A stretch of 64,000 nucleotides of DNA from Azolla caroliniana (GCA_043228905.1 JBHGNT010000022.1:806001-870000), one strand, 5' to 3'; shown: positions 38,001-53,200, numbered from the stretch's first letter. The notes: a model not told the origin generated them from the sequence alone. Numbers and translations: made by a program.

Positions 38001-40922
38001 GATGAAGTCCAAAGACAAAACGGCGATGATCACACTTCTCACGGAATTTCGCGATGTGTTCGCCTGGTTATACGAAGACATGCGAGGACTCCACCCTCAG
38101 TTATACCAGCATCAGGTTCACTTGAGCAAGGACGCAAAACCAGTGACACAAAGACGGTACCGGATGAATCCCAATTATGCCGCCAAAGTCAAGGAGGAAA
38201 TCGACAAACTGCTAAGAGTTGGCTTTATCCGTCCGGTAAAGAAAGCAACATGGCTGAGCCCGATCGTAGTCGTACTGAAGAAGAACAGAAAAATTCGGGT
38301 TTGTGTGGACTACCGGAAACTCAATGCGGTTACGGTAACAGATGCGTTTCCACTTCCGTTCACAGATGGAGTGTTGGATGCCGTCGCCGGCCATGAGGGC
38401 TATAGCTTCCTAGACGGATTCAGCGGGTATAATCAGATCCGGATGCACCCTGACGACCAAGAGAAAACGGCTTTCGTCACCAAATGGGGGGTGTTTGTGG
38501 CCATGGTGATGATGTTCGGACTCAAAACGGCACCGGCAACATTTCAACGAATCATCATGGAAATCTTTGGTGAATATATCCCGGCTTTTATGCAGGTTTT
38601 CCTTGACGATTTCGCCGTCTATAGCCGGGAGGAGGACCATTTTCAGCACCTCCGTCTTTGTCTAGAAAAGTGTAGAGCGTACCGGCTAAGCTTGAATCCG
38701 GCAAAGTGTGTATTTGGCGTGTCCAGTGGAACCTTATTAGGACATATTGTGAGCCAAAGAAGGTATTGCAGTCGACCCAGACAAAGTGAAAGCCATACTA
38801 GAAGCACCGGCGCCGGCAACGGCAAAGGCATTGAGCCGGTTCTTGGCCAGATCCGATGGCACAGCCGGATGCTCCGATACTTGGCCGACCTGGCTACACC
38901 GTTGCATGCCGCCGTACATCGGACACCATTCCAGTGGACTAACACCGAGGATAGGGCGTATAGGGCCCTCAAGGTACTGTTGTCGCAAGCACCGGTAGTG
39001 CAGCCTCCAGATTGGAGTAAAGAATTTCATGTATTCGTGGACACCTCCGACATCGCAATCGGAAGCGTATTAATGCAGCTCACGGAGCCAAAGTGGTACC
39101 GGCCAGTGTACTATGCCAGTCGAAAGCTATCCCAAGTGGAACGGAACTACTCTACCACGGAACTGGAAGCTCTAGGGATGATCTACAGTGTGACAAAGTT
39201 TCGGCATTATTTATTGGGAAGGAAGTTTTCCTTCCATGTAGATCATTCGGCACTCCTTTACCTGGTGTCCAAAGCCTCACTCACCGGTAAGTTGGCCCGA
39301 TGGACTTTACTGTTACAGGAATTCGAGTTCGAAATATTCCACCGACCCGAGATACAGCATGTCGTAGCGGATTACTTAAGCCAATTAGAGTCCGGAGAGA
39401 CGGGCGACGGAGTAGCGGACGAGTTTCCGGATACAGAGCTGTTTCAAGTCACTACGGAAACGGCAGCAGATGAGACGGTGGCACAAGAAGACAAGTGGCT
39501 CACACACATGCACCAGTTTCTGAGCACAAGACTGCCTCCGGAAGAGATGAACCGGGACGAAAGGAAACGCCTGGCAGTGCAAAGCCGACATTTCTGCTTA
39601 CTGCAAGACACACTTTACCACAAGGGCGCTGACGACATATGGAGACGGGTTGTGCGCAGCGATGAAAAGGACCTCATACTGAGGGAAGCCCACTGCGGAA
39701 TTGTCAGAGGTCACTATGCCGAAGATGCGACGGCCAGGAAAATATGGCAAAGTGGCCTATGGTGGCCAACGACATTAAGAGATGTTGTACGGTACGCAAA
39801 AGAATGCAACCTATGCCAGCGAATGGGCCAGCCAACGGAGCAGGCTCGAATGCCACACCAACCTGTACTACCACTCGAACCATTCCAGAAGTGGGGGCTG
39901 GACTTTGTTGGACCGTTCAAACCACCGGCAATGAGAACAGGTAATCGGTACGTCATCGTCGCGACGGATTATTGCACGAAATGGGTGGAGGCCAAAGCCT
40001 TAAGAGACAACACCGTTGCGTCAATGGCAAAATTTCTATACGAGTACATCTGGTGCCGTTACGGATGCCCAATCGAATTAATAAGCGACCAAGGGGGGCA
40101 CTTTCTCAGCCAAGTAGTTGAAAGACTGACGACATTCTATGTCGTTGTCCATAAACGGAGCACATCCTACTATCCGCAAGCAAACGGGTTAGCTGAATCG
40201 ACGAACAAAACGCTCCAGAATATCCTCCTGAAGATCGTCAACGAAAACCGAACGGATTGGGATACCAAGCTACATAGCGCACTTTGGGCATACCGGACGG
40301 CATATAAAACGAGCATCCGAACAACACCATTCCGATTAGCGTTCGGACTAGAGGCGGTAATGCCGGTGGAATTCCAAGTACCTAGCTTACGGAACCAGCC
40401 ACGGGAACGGCTGAACGAGAAGGAGTCGGAGGCAATACGGTTAACAGCGCTGTGTGAACTCGAGGAACAACGACTGGGAAGCATCCTGCACTTAGAATTG
40501 GAACAAGGGCGACGGAAAGCATTTGTCGACCGGCACAGGAAAGGAAATGAAAAAATGTTCGCAATCGGCAAGCCGGTGTTAGTATTTCAGACAGGATGGG
40601 CAAGATGTCGGGTAAACTACGGTTTAGATGGACCGGTCCGTATTGGCTGACACGAGAGTATAATGGGTCCTACTAGTTAGGGACACTTTCCGGCGAAGTG
40701 CTAGGCAAATGGGTCAACGGATTCCGATTGAAGCCATATAGAGGACCGATGCCTAAGAACCCATTTGAGCAAAGGACCGACACCGGTGACGAAACGGCAA
40801 CCTGTGAGGGGAACGGCAACCACCAAAACGGAGGAGACGGGAGGCCGGTAACAGGGGAGAATGAGGCGACGGCAAACCGTAATGAGGCCGGTAAGGGTCC
40901 GGTAGGACCAACGGACAACTAA
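35005..40922 (+). pseudogene. Single-frame gag-pol polyprotein with nonsense mutations and frameshifts
   Basis: ORFs at 35005, 35764, 36157 and 37696 share one frame. Zinc knuckles, IDGGSGVN, VCVDYRKLN, FLDDF, RNYSTTELEAL, WGLDFVGP. No additional RNase H or chromodomain seen. Confidence 0.93.
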
Positions 40923-41014
40923 CCGCACACCACGTTAAAACTTATCAAAAAAATAAAAATAAAAATAAAAATAAAAAATAAAAAATGAAGTAATCATGCA
41001 AAAGCGAGGTATGA

Positions 41015-44012
41015 ATGGACGAGAGAGCGAGGAGCGAAAAGGTACGTAGTGGGCATTTAAGCGCCACCACAGGACATAATGCTATTTTAGTACACGACGT
41101 GCACACACTCGAAAAAGGCGCCAGAATGCACAAAGAAAAACCACTGCGCGTGGAAACCCTCTACTTTCGCGAACCCAGGAGCACAGAAGCACCAAGGCGC
41201 TGCAAGATCATCAGACAAGAACCTACACACAGAGAACCCCCGCCTTCTGAACTCTCTCTCTCTCACTCTCTCTCTCATCACCAGCCAACCTCGCCACCAC
41301 AAGCCGACCTCGACACAGACATGGACCCGCAAACGTTGTCGGAAGCCGCCAAGACATGGCTAAAGCAACACGGGCTCGAGGGCTTCTTGATGATTATGGA
41401 GGTACCGCCACACAAAGAAGCCAACAAGGTGATCAAAGAAATCGACACAGAGGTCATAACGGCGGAGGCGATTCGAGCGTTAACAGGCCTTCCGGAGGGA
41501 GGCATACTCACAATTGACAATCCGACCTCGGAGCAACTCATCAAGTATTTTGGGGAGTACTCCCTAGCCAGCAAGGGCTACCAGACACAGGGCGGCGGAG
41601 ATATGTTGTTCCACGAAATTGCTCGTGTGCTCCACGAATACAGCCATGTGTATCCTAGACCCCCTGTCATGCCGCAGAACCGGGCAGGGATGATCATCGC
41701 CACCTATGAAGGGATCAAGGTGGATTGGCCGGTATTGATCGCAGACGGTTTGTGTGCGGCGATCGAGATCGTCAGAGGCAAAGACGGCAAAGAAGGCCGA
41801 GACAGACGGAGGATATGGCACGCCGTAACGCAGTGGCTCACCTTGCTTGTGCCACTCGTCCAGCCCAAGAAGCGGGGAAGAGTGGCGGACGGCACCCCAA
41901 AGACGGCTTCCTCTAAGGCCACTAAGGGGAAGGCAGTGAACGCAGAATAGGCGGGAAAGGAGAGCGCCAGCCGGAAGCAGCCAATGGAGGCGCAGGAGGA
42001 ACCACCGGAACGGCCCGTAAAGGTTACACTCCGCCGACCAGTGAATAGAGAAGCGGACCCCTTGGCGGCAAAACTCAATGCTGGGACTCAAGAAGAGGAA
42101 GTAGAGGAGGATCCTACGGAGCACCTCTAGCGACGGTCGTCAGCAAGGACCGTTGAGGCAACCAGGGAATGTTCGGACCCTTAGACGGAGGGAACACCGG
42201 CTCCCATACTGAGACTCCCACGCCAAGGGAGGAACCGGAACCGGTGCGCATGGCACCGGAATAACCCCTGCACCACCGGCACCACCGGCAAGTCCCATCC
42301 CGCCAGAGCCGGAAAGGTCAATGCAGCCTCCCTCGGCCAACCAAGAAGAAGCGCAAGGGGAACCAAGACAGCAGGGTGGTCCACGGGCTGAAACGGAATT
42401 GCAACTCGGCGCAATCAAGCGGGACCACCCATCTACAAGCGAGCCCATCTGTCAAACCTTCGTGCAAGCACAACAATGCACTGGTAGCCTGTGGCTCCAG
42501 TGGATAGGCGAACAGATTGCCGGAGTTGTGGGGTATATTGAGGCGGAAGAAAGAGTGCAAAGCGAACGGTTGCTCGTCACAACCGAACAACGAGAGAAGG
42601 CCCGGTCCAGAATCCGGTGCCTTGAAAAAGACTTGGATCAGGTCACGGTAGAGATGGCCAAAATGGCCTTAACGGCAACACAGATCCAATCACCGGTGAC
42701 TCCGGTAAGTGTACAGAATAAAGAAACAGATCGACCTGTACATACCAATAAGACCCCGGCAACGGAAACCGTTCCGGCGAGAGATGCGGCGCAAGCCCAA
42801 GAGCTTGCGGAATTGAGAGATGAACTTGCCGCACAAGAAGCACTAAGGAGCCGTGAACGGGAATTGAAGACAGTGGCCGAAGCCGAATTAAAGAAGACTG
42901 CTAAGAACCTCCGCCGGGTAGAGGAGAGCCTCCGGAAAGGCCATCAAGCGTACGACCGGCTAAGGGAGGAAAAAGACAAAGTGCTGTAGGAAAAGGACAA
43001 GCTACGGAAGACGGCGGAAACGGAAATTGAACGGCTAAAGGAAGAGCTCCGCCAGCAGAAGGACCGCGAGGACCGGGCCCGTCGACAGATCAACGCACGG
43101 CTCAAGCAAAAGACAGATGATTTTGAGCACCTGCACCGGGACTACAAAAGGTTGGAAACGGAGCATAAGGAACGGATGGTTGAGCTCAAGCAGGAAGTTG
43201 ATCGGGCCGCGACGGCGATCGCCGACGAACGTGCGGAAAATACAAGACGGTTGGACGAGACGGAGAAGGTCCGGATGGAGCTCTAGAGGCAGCAGCAGGA
43301 AGAAAAGGAGAGAGCGTCAACGGTATTGCAGAAATTACAAAGCACATATCAAAGGCAATTGACGCATTACAAGGAGCAGGCGGAAGACAATGTCAAAATC
43401 ATCAAGCAACTGAAGGAAGAACGGCAAGCAGTGGAAATCAAATTGCAATTGGGAACGGGCCAGATTCAATGCATCCTCCGGGCATGGCTGAATCAGACAA
43501 AACGCTTGATTGACGAAAGCTCCGTAAGATGGTAGACAAAGTGGGCACAAAATGTGGCGGAACTCCAATTGCTACGGGCAGACGTGGCAAACCGGCGGAA
43601 GGAAGGAGATGATTGTTATACGTTGACTTCCGAGGACTTCACCGCCATACGGGACAAGCTGGCCGACGACTTCCAAGTCCTGGCGGATGAACAGCTGGTG
43701 CAGGTCCGGCAACTCGTAGCTCAGCTAGACGATGATAGGCTGGACGCTCAAATCCAGTTTGAAAGCTACGAGCGGTCCCGGGTTCGGGAAGAAAAAGCAC
43801 GGGAAGCGGCAACGGTTAACCTTAGTGATGAGGAACCGTCGTCGGCCGAGGGCCAGCCCGGAACCAATCAACCAGAGACCACTATGACGAAGGGAGCAAC
43901 GACGGAGACGCCGGTGTCAGAGCAACAAACGGAGGAGCAGCCACCAACAGACCCGTCGCAGCAGCCATCAACAGGCAAAGGAGTCCAGAGTGTGAAACGG
44001 GGAGTTATTTAA
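41015..44012 (+). pseudogene. Extra 3' ORF of the Athila-like element (plant-transposon-like domain + long coiled coil), disrupted
   Basis: ITAEAIRALTGLP...IKVDWP segment, then an E/K/R-rich helical region. ORFs at 42321, 43326 and 43554 share one frame and are broken by TAG stops. Confidence 0.7.
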
Positions 44013-44395
44013 TTAGTAGGAATGGTTGTAAGTAAGCTATGAGTGTGGACGGACGGACCGGAATCGGTATGCCGTTTCGGATCCGGACCGATCCCGAACA
44101 AGTGCGGATGGCACCGTTTTGTAATACAAACCGGAAACCTATTTAAAGGCTCGGATACAATGTAATGAACAACGGTTAATTAATAAAGCTTAGTGTTGCT
44201 ATTTCTCTGTATTAATTGTCGTTCTGCATTCATTGTTATATCTTACGCCTGTGATTATTAAAGACGATCATGCTAAGTAACCTAATTAAGTCAGATTAAT
44301 CGTTGAGTCTAATCCTGTTGCCGTAACACCCCTTTGGTGAAGTGTCTTCCGTAGACACCCTGTGTTAGGCCATTGTCCGGCCCTAAGAGTTAACA

Positions 44396-46754
44396 TGTAG
44401 GAGTCAAACTTTTGGTACCACATCCTTGGCACTTGTTTTAAACCATATAGGCTTTTCTTCAGTCGACATACGAGGTGACTTTCCTCCCCTGTCTCCAAGA
44501 AACCTACCAATTGGGACATGTAAATGTCCTCTTCCAAGTCTCCGTGTACGAATGTCGTCTTTACGTCCATCTGCTCGAGCTCTAGGTCTTCTATTGCCAT
44601 CACCCTACTAAGAGCCGAAGGATGGTCATCTTGACTACTAGTAAGAATATCTCATTGTAGTCGACCCCATGTTCTTGCTTGAATCCCTTCGTGACAAGCC
44701 GAGCTTTGTATTTGGGCTTCTTCGAATCAGATACATATTTGTATCGGAAGACCCATTTTCAAGGTAGCGGCTTTCTTCCGCCTAGTAATTAGACCAACTC
44801 CCATGTTGTATTTTTCTCATGGATCGAGTCCATCGCGGATCTCATAGCTTGTAGCCATGTATCGGCATCCAGTGCGGCTATAGCTTCTTCATGTGTGCTT
44901 GGTTTGCCTCCATCCATGTAGTTGAGGTAGTCGATGCCCGTTCGATAAAACTCTGTAGGCCTTCTTACTCATCCGAATCTCCTAGGTGTCGAATTTGTTG
45001 GTTCGATTTCTTTAGTCGGCTCGATCAACCGATCAGTATTGCTTGAACCGTCTTCAGGAGTCCTATTGGATGACACAGCCCTGTTGTAGGATTTCGGCGA
45101 TGTCAAGTTGTCCCTCCTTTCTTCGGGATCGATTGACATGGCAACTTTTGTCTTGGACATATTGTTTTTGCCAACTCTTGTCAATCTCGTAGTAGACCCA
45201 TTTTCGACTAGTGGACCTCTTGCCGATTCGGAGTCGGCAGGTGTTTTGTCGGCTTGATCGAGTTCGACTGTTTGTCGAATCTTTGATTCAGCCCATTGGG
45301 TCGGTCTTTCTACGACATCTTGGTCGATTTCGAAAGAGACCTTTTTGTTGATTATTTTTTGTTGGTTCCTTTAAGAGAGAATAGAGTTTTCATTGAAGAC
45401 TACATCATTGCTCCGGATTAGTTTTTTATTCCCCATAGTCGACAGCCGAATTCCCCATCGGTTCCATAGCCGAGAAATATGCATTTCATTGCATGGGATG
45501 CCAGCTTGGTCCTTTTCTCTCTGGGGATGAATGCATAGGCTTCGCATCCAAATATACGTAGCCTATCATAGGTCGGGTTGTTTGCCTGACCATAATGCTT
45601 CTGGCACTTCGAGCCTGATTGCTTTTGACAACGATAGATTTATGAAGTAAACTGTCGTCTACAATGCTTCGGCCCAAAACTCCAACTTTAGTCTGGGTTG
45701 TTGGAGCATTGCCGTCACCCTCTCTTGGATTGTTCGATTGATTCGTTCGGCCACTCCATTCTACATGGGTGTGTATGGAACAGTCTTTTGGCGCCGAGTC
45801 CCTTTGTCAGATAAGTACTCCATTGTTGAATCTGAGCGTTTTCACTATGTGTGTCCTGATCAATTCTCCACTTCGACTAGCCATCGAGTGAAGGTCTCGA
45901 GCGCTTCGTCTTGGACCTAATCGTGTAGGCCCAGACCTTCCGTGTACAGTCATCGACGAACGTGATGAAGTACTGGGAACCGCCTAGTGATCTCTCGGGC
46001 ATCAACCCACATATATCTGTTTGGATCAACTCTAGGGGTTGTCTTATCGTCTCGTAATGGAGAGAGTGCGGACTTTGGGTCTGTTGCTCGTATCGACAAT
46101 GCTCACAGAAGTCCATCTTTGCTTGGAGTTTCGGAATGTAGCCAGCCGACTGCCATTAGTCGATCGAGTCTGGCTTGAGACATATGGCCGAGTTAGCCAT
46201 GCCTTAGGCTCAGGTCTGTCTTTCTGGCGACATTCACGGCCCCATCTGTATTGATCGCCATGGTTGGGTACAAGTTGTTATACTTGTGCCCACTACCGAT
46301 TTTCAGCTTCCCTCGGTTGATCATCCATACTAACTCATTTAGAGTCGTTCGGTACCCGTCTTCAGCTAACATGCCAATGGAGACCAGACTAATTTTCAGA
46401 TCGGGTACATGTCGAACTTGGTGCAGGGTGATCATGTTGTCATTCAATAGTCAGATGGGAACCTCCCCTATCCCTGCCATTATGCACTCCTGCCCATTGC
46501 CAAGTTGGACTTTGCTACTGGCATCGGCCGAATAGTTCAAAAACCATTCGATGTTTGGGGTCACGTGGAATGTAGCACGGGAATCCAGCAATCACGTATG
46601 CATGTCTCTGATCATCAAGTCCTCTAAGGAGAGGATTTCTCCCGATCGTGTGTCGGCAACATTGACTTGGTTGCCGATTGGATAGTGGTTTGTTTGGGTC
46701 GGATCGTCCTCGATTCCGCTCGGATCACTGACCACTCTCTTTCCTCTTGATCGA
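44396..46754 (-). pseudogene. Ty1/copia pol remnant (PR, GAG-pre-integrase, INT, RT; host element, part 2)
   Basis: LDSRATFHVT, HVPDLKISLVS, YFITFVDDCTRKVW, QMDVKTTFVHGDLEEDIYM, LKKSLYGLKQ. Confidence 0.92.
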
Positions 46755-47204
46755 ATATATAAATTCTCAGATGTGCACCATAAACTCACATCCATCCATT
46801 TAATCTATCATGTGCACCAGAAGCTATACATCCATCCTTTTAAACCTATCTACAAAATAATGTATAAGAGCTCAATAAAGTTAAAATAGAGTGATGAGTT
46901 TACTCTGTGTTGCTCGTATCAACACTCTCAATAAAGTTAAATGAAGTTACTCCACTTTTCCTCCATGGGCATTCAAATATCAATCAGCACTTTCAATAAA
47001 GTTAAATGAAGTTATGAGTTTACTGCGCTTTTCCTCCATAAATCTCAACCTCCACATGCGACATTGTAAGGTAAATAATTATTTATTAGAAAGTCGCAAT
47101 CGCCACATGTTTGTTACAAGTTGATAGGCCACAAAAAGGACACAAAATTAGTTCCTAATTAAAAAGGAATAGACCACACAGCTTCAAATATGCCTCGTTC
47201 CATA

Positions 47205-50200
47205 CTATTGTAACAATAGTGATGTCTCCAGATTTGAGGACTCCATTCGCTTTTGTGCTTTAATTATCTATTGCAAATTGAAGGGATGAATTGATTTGAC
47301 TTTCAATTGATGAAAGAGAAATAGTAAAACCATAGGAGTGAGTTTATCTACCTCATTGCCCCAATTAGCAGTCCATGTCATGAACCCGAGCAAAATTATT
47401 TGAACGACAGGTGCACAAATAACTCCAATCCATAAACCCTGCACGATAAAAATTTCTTATGTATTAAGCATGTGGAGAAAAAAAATTCTTTGACTTTTGT
47501 TATTTTTGAACAAGGGGTGCATAAATAGCCATAAATAGCTTCAATCCATAAACCCTAAAACATTAAAATCTTAGTAAATTGTGGAACAATAAATTTTCAT
47601 ATTGTTGCTTTTTAACTATTCTCTGAAATGAATCGATGATTACAAAACAACAGAAGTCGAATTCTGGATTAAGTTTTAGATACCCATTTGTAACAAAAAC
47701 AATAAAACAAACCCAATTCAGACAGTGTCGGTGTGTACCTGAACTCCAAGATCCAGAAGAAAACTGAGAATGCAACTAATCGGCAGACCCACAATGTAAA
47801 ATGAACCCAAGTTGATAAATGCCCCCACTGTTTGCCATCCACAGCCCCTTGCAATCCCTAAATCCAGATACACCTCAGAGCACAATTTTAATTAATTGAA
47901 ATGCAAGAAAATGTCAATTAATCAGCACTCAGCATACCATTATATTATACTTAGAAAATAGTGTCTGTCATCTATCTACAACAATAGGAAGTAAAGCTTT
48001 TATATCTCACTGTTTAACAAGTTTAGCATTTATTAGTTTCCTTGAATGCATATCAGTTTCAAGATTTGGTTATCAGGGTTTTATAAATTATACTTTGAAA
48101 ATAGTGTCTCTCATCTATCTATGACAACAGGAAGTAAAGCTTTTATATCTCACTGTCAGCAAGATTAGCTTTTATTAGCTTCTTTGAATGCACATCAGCT
48201 CAAGGATTTTTTAAGTACTAGATATACTTCTGAGAACTGTCTTTCTACAGGCAAATTAGTTGTCTTTTTTCTGACAGCCCCAAGTTTGAATTTCTTTTGT
48301 TAAAGGGCAAATGGAGTTCAACTCATAAAGTGAAACTATAGTAAGAGATGTTTGGTGTAAGGATTTCCTCTGTATACGCAACCTATTGTTTCAACTCTTT
48401 TGTGAATTGATAAACTTATGGCAGATCAAACATAACCTTTTTCCGATAATAGCTGAATGATGTGTAGGTTTCACACACATTTTTCTCCTTATAATAGGAG
48501 ACTTTAGCTACCCAAACTATGATTACAACTAAATCCTTGTATTTCCTCTTATGTCATCTATCAACAGATAATTTACCAATTCGGCAGTGCCTCACATTTT
48601 TTCTTGAGAATACATCATTTGTTTTATTTCATTTGAACTAGCTTAATATTAATCAACCTATTTGAAATGATAATGTGGAATCAATTCTCCTTTTTATGCA
48701 AAAGTATGACAAGAAGGATAGTTGTTTACTTTTCATCTGAGCAAGTTTTTTTTACAGAAACCTGTTTTGGGAAGGAGTAAGGAGTAAAAGCATGTATTCT
48801 TTTTTTTTAAGACATACTTTTCAAGCAAAAGAAAAACGGAATTTATGTGGCCAGGCCAATTTCTAAACAAAAAATGGGGGGGGGAAATGAACTGCATGCC
48901 GATTTATACCTGAAAGAACTGCTTGGGTGCTATCTAAAAATGAGGAAATAGCAAGCAGCTTAATTAGGATGGCAACATTCTGTATGACTTCAACATCACT
49001 GCTAAACGCACGTCCCAGCACATTTCGGAAGCATAAATAGAGAGATGAGACAATACAAGCTTGAGTAATGGTAAGGAACATTCCAACACAGATAGCATCT
49101 CGTGTGGTTTGTGATCGGCCTGCACCCAGCTCATTTGATACCCTTGTGCTAAATGACACGATGACGAACAATGAGCAAAAATTGTAAAACATACAAAATG
49201 ACAGTATGAATAATAATGAGAAAAAAATCTAAAACATATACTAAATCACATAACGAACAATTGAACAAGACAAGTAAAACAGTCATCAAATGACATGAAC
49301 GCTGACTGAAAATGTCAAACTGTCTGAACACTTTACAGCCTTTGACACGACATTCAGCTACATAGTGATTGCCTCGATATTCATGCTATTAAAATGCAGA
49401 AGACCCATCCTATAGACTGGTTGTTTCTATACTCAAGTCATACAATCCTTGTTTCAACATACAGTATTAAAATTTTCTTGTAAGCAAGAGAATGTTTTAT
49501 TGGCATTTCTGAATCCTTAATAAATATGTAGAAGTAACCAGAAAACAAAGATTATTTGTGGGCAGCAAACATGATTTTTAGCACACAATTGACTAATATT
49601 ACATCAAGAAACAAATTACCTTCATCCTCAACCATGCTTAATGATCTATATTGTAAATGAGTACATAGAGCTACCACATAAAAGGAAATTTTGCAGAATA
49701 AACATTATAGATTATAACAATGCATAGAAAGAACAATATGGAATCTATACTAACCTTACACTCGCAGCAAGTCCGAATCCCATTTGGAATGTAACATTGG
49801 CAAGATTGAGGCTGCATTATAGATATAAACCCAATAGAAAGTTTCATATTCTCTGCTTAAAGAAGTCCACATTTTTATCTACAAAATTTATCACAGATAT
49901 GATAAGGTACTCACCATGTTGCTAATGTGGAAGTTTCAAGTTCAGGATTCGGAAGCAAGCCAGAAAGCAAAACTAAGAACTCGTAACACCACCACTCTAA
50001 ACTAGTAGCAACCATGTTAAGTGATTAATTGTTTCTCTCGAAAAATAAGAAATCTGTAAATTACTAAAAAAATGCATGCGTAAGACCCTTTGGTCACAAA
50101 TAGTTTTATAAGGTTTAGCCATGACAGATTTTAAGAAAATAAGAAACACAACCATTTGTCCTAAACATAAAGCACAAGCTTCTTTGATAAACAAGAAACA

Positions 50201-53200
50201 CAAATCCTTTTGCTTTCTTGGGGGCTGCTATTTAAGCATGTTGTGAAACCTAAATTGGCACCGCTATCAAGAGAATTAATTGAGGACAGTCTTTGGGGAT
50301 ATCATTGAGCTTTGAATTCTAAATTGTGGAGAAATTTGAAGTTAAACTGTTTAGTATGTAAGCATGTTGTGAAAACTAAAATAGGACAGCTTTGAAGTGA
50401 ATTGTAGATAAATTTTGGAGAGATAAAAAAAGTGAACTTTTAAGTCAAATCTCTGGAGAAAGTTACAGTGAACTCTGTCCTGTGTAAACACACTGTAAAA
50501 ACTAAATTCAGATAGCTGTGAAGAGAATTGTGGACGTATTTTGGAGATAACATCATGAAGTTTGAAATCAAAATTTGTGGACAACATTAAAGTGCATTGA
50601 AGAATTGAGCAGTTTGGAGGCCAGGACTTGGTTGGTGATCCACAGTTTGAGCTGAAATATTCTCATAAAGCACAATAATTTTTGTCTTCATAAATAGAAT
50701 TAGTGTGTATAAAGTAGATCTTTCAGTAGAACTGTGCATCTTGTTCATTGATTTGCCCCGTATCCCACTATCATCTACACTATATTGTGAGATACTGCAG
50801 ATTTGCTTCATATCATGCAGGTAATCATCGAAACCAACAATCTCTCCAGTTTTGTGTCGATGAAAAGCTAAGCTCTGTTTAGTTGCGCTAAATCCATGAA
50901 CTTGGCTTTCCCAATCTTCACTTACAAACCTGTACACATAATATATCTAAAATATCTAGATGTCACAACTATCCCTCAAGAGAATCTGAAAACACAATAT
51001 GATGCTTACCCCATGGAGGTGCACCACATATCCACCAAATCTACGTCAGTAGATATTTCATATTTTGAAGTCAAAAGAGTAGGTGACATTGGGCATCCTT
51101 GTTTCACCCCCTATACTGCTAACCACTATTAAGTATTACCATGGAGATAACGGCCTCAACCTGGGATTGATTTATATTGGGCATAAACTTCCGATAATAT
51201 AAGTTCCTATTCGCATATGGATGATGCTTATTCCAGGGAGATGCACCACCTATCTGCCAAATCTACGCCAGTAGATCTTTCATCTTTTGAAGTTGAAAAA
51301 GTGGGTGACATTGGGAGGCATAAACTTCCATGTGGGATCCATTTTTTACTGTTTATGATATCAACTCGGACACTGGGTTGTAGCCATATAACTTAACTAG
51401 GTCATAGCTAATCATAATCATCCTCAAGTTGTTGATCCTTTACCCATACACCTAACACGTCTATAATTCAACAGCAACCTTTCTAAGTTCCAGGAAGCAT
51501 TTTCTAAAAGCTGAAGGATTGGCAGCCTTTACCCATGGAGCTAACATGTTCCAAACACTTTAGCAATCTTTCTGCAATCCATTACGAATGGGTCCGAAAA
51601 AACTCTTAGCTTTTAATCAAAGCTTAATTACCAGAATAATGATTTTGTTAGTCTTAAGAGATGAAAAATGAATTGAAATATTACGTCTTCAAAAGCTCAG
51701 AGTGACAAATGACACCCAAAGTAATAATATATTTGAGATGGATGGCAGGAGAGAAACTTACCACACCATTGCAGTGGACGGAAATGCAAGATAAAGGAAA
51801 CTTCTCATGCCATGCAAGGCCTTCCAAGTGAGAGGAGCTCTAGTTCTTTGGCAAGATGGGGAGAAGCCCACATACAGAAAGAGGAAAACCACATTGATCC
51901 AATTGCAAATACTTGTAGAGATGGCAGCCCCTTCAAATCCAAGTGATGTCTTATAGACTAAGAACCAGCATAGTGGTGCATGGCATACAACAGAAATTAC
52001 AGAGGTCAGCAGCATAGGATAGACTAAGCTTTGTGTTTGCAAGAACCTAATCAACGGTTGTGCAGAGGCTTGTGCAAATAAAGTAGGTATCAACCACCTG
52101 GCATATTTTCCGGCTTCATATGATATATTTTTGTTTTGCCCCAATCCTGCTAGTATCTGACCCATATAACCATATACAAAAGCAAGTGGTATTGCTGCGG
52201 CATGGAGAACGAATAGCCCTCTCTGTAAGTATATCCCCACCATCTCATATTGCTTTGCTCCATAGGCTTGTCCACATAATGTCTCGAGGCTACTTGCGAT
52301 ACCCAACTGTCAAAACAGGTTTTTATGTGGTAATGGCAGTAGAATGAAATTCAACCCATAAGATTATAAATCGGGATTTATCTACGGTATCATTTTATCT
52401 TTTGTTGATCTCTGCGCAGAATTAAAAATTGCAGCATTTACAACATCTTCAATTGTAAATAGCAAAGAGAATCATCTTCAATTGTCAATAGAAAAGAGGA
52501 ACATCTTCAATTGTAAATAGCAAAGAGGACACATAGGTAGAAGAAAAAAGAAGGATCTAGACCTAGAAAATCTCCTCCATCACAAGGTCAGGCCTGAAAG
52601 TATCTCCATTTCCTGCACAATGGGCTAATAGAGTTGGACCAAATTTTTATGGGAATATTCTATATGAATATACTCTGTGAAGCTAATAATACGCAGCTTC
52701 CACGTTAAAGAGAAAATTGCTAAGGGTCATAAAAAAATTGTAGAGGAAGAGCTGTTTTCTCTGATTCTTTTAGATTAAAAACCTGTCTTTTATATCTATT
52801 CTCCTTTATAAAATCACATATATTCTCAATAAAGATCGAATTCTATGGCTACTTTTACGATTCGAAAAATCACAGCAATATACAGTTCAGGTAGAGTTAT
52901 TTTTTGATATGGAAGTCTCTCCTTACACAAAAGGGAGGTAGCTAGCTGCATTTGTATGCATCTCGAAAGATGATTATTCAAATTCAACAAGGGATTATAT
53001 AAGCAGTAACATGTTACCGAGTGCTTAAATTTGAAATGGATTATGGGCATCAAGAGAATTTCAGGTTTCAAATGAAGGCTTCAAAAACTTATTATTCCAT
53101 AGGCTCTATAAATTTTAAACTCAATTAAGTGACCAAGGTCGCTTAAAACTATACATAGAATCATGATTCTGTACAAATAAAAATTTAGGTGCATTAGACA

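Larger units (their letters stand above)
34012..44395 (+). mobile_element. Full-length non-chromovirus Ty3/gypsy (Athila-like) retrotransposon with an extra 3' ORF
   Basis: TGTTA...TAACA ends; TSD TGTAG on both sides; LTRs 34012-34444 and ~43976-44395 with about 10 differences in ~420 bp; PBS TGGCGACCAC (tRNA-Arg-like) near 34452. Confidence 0.95.
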
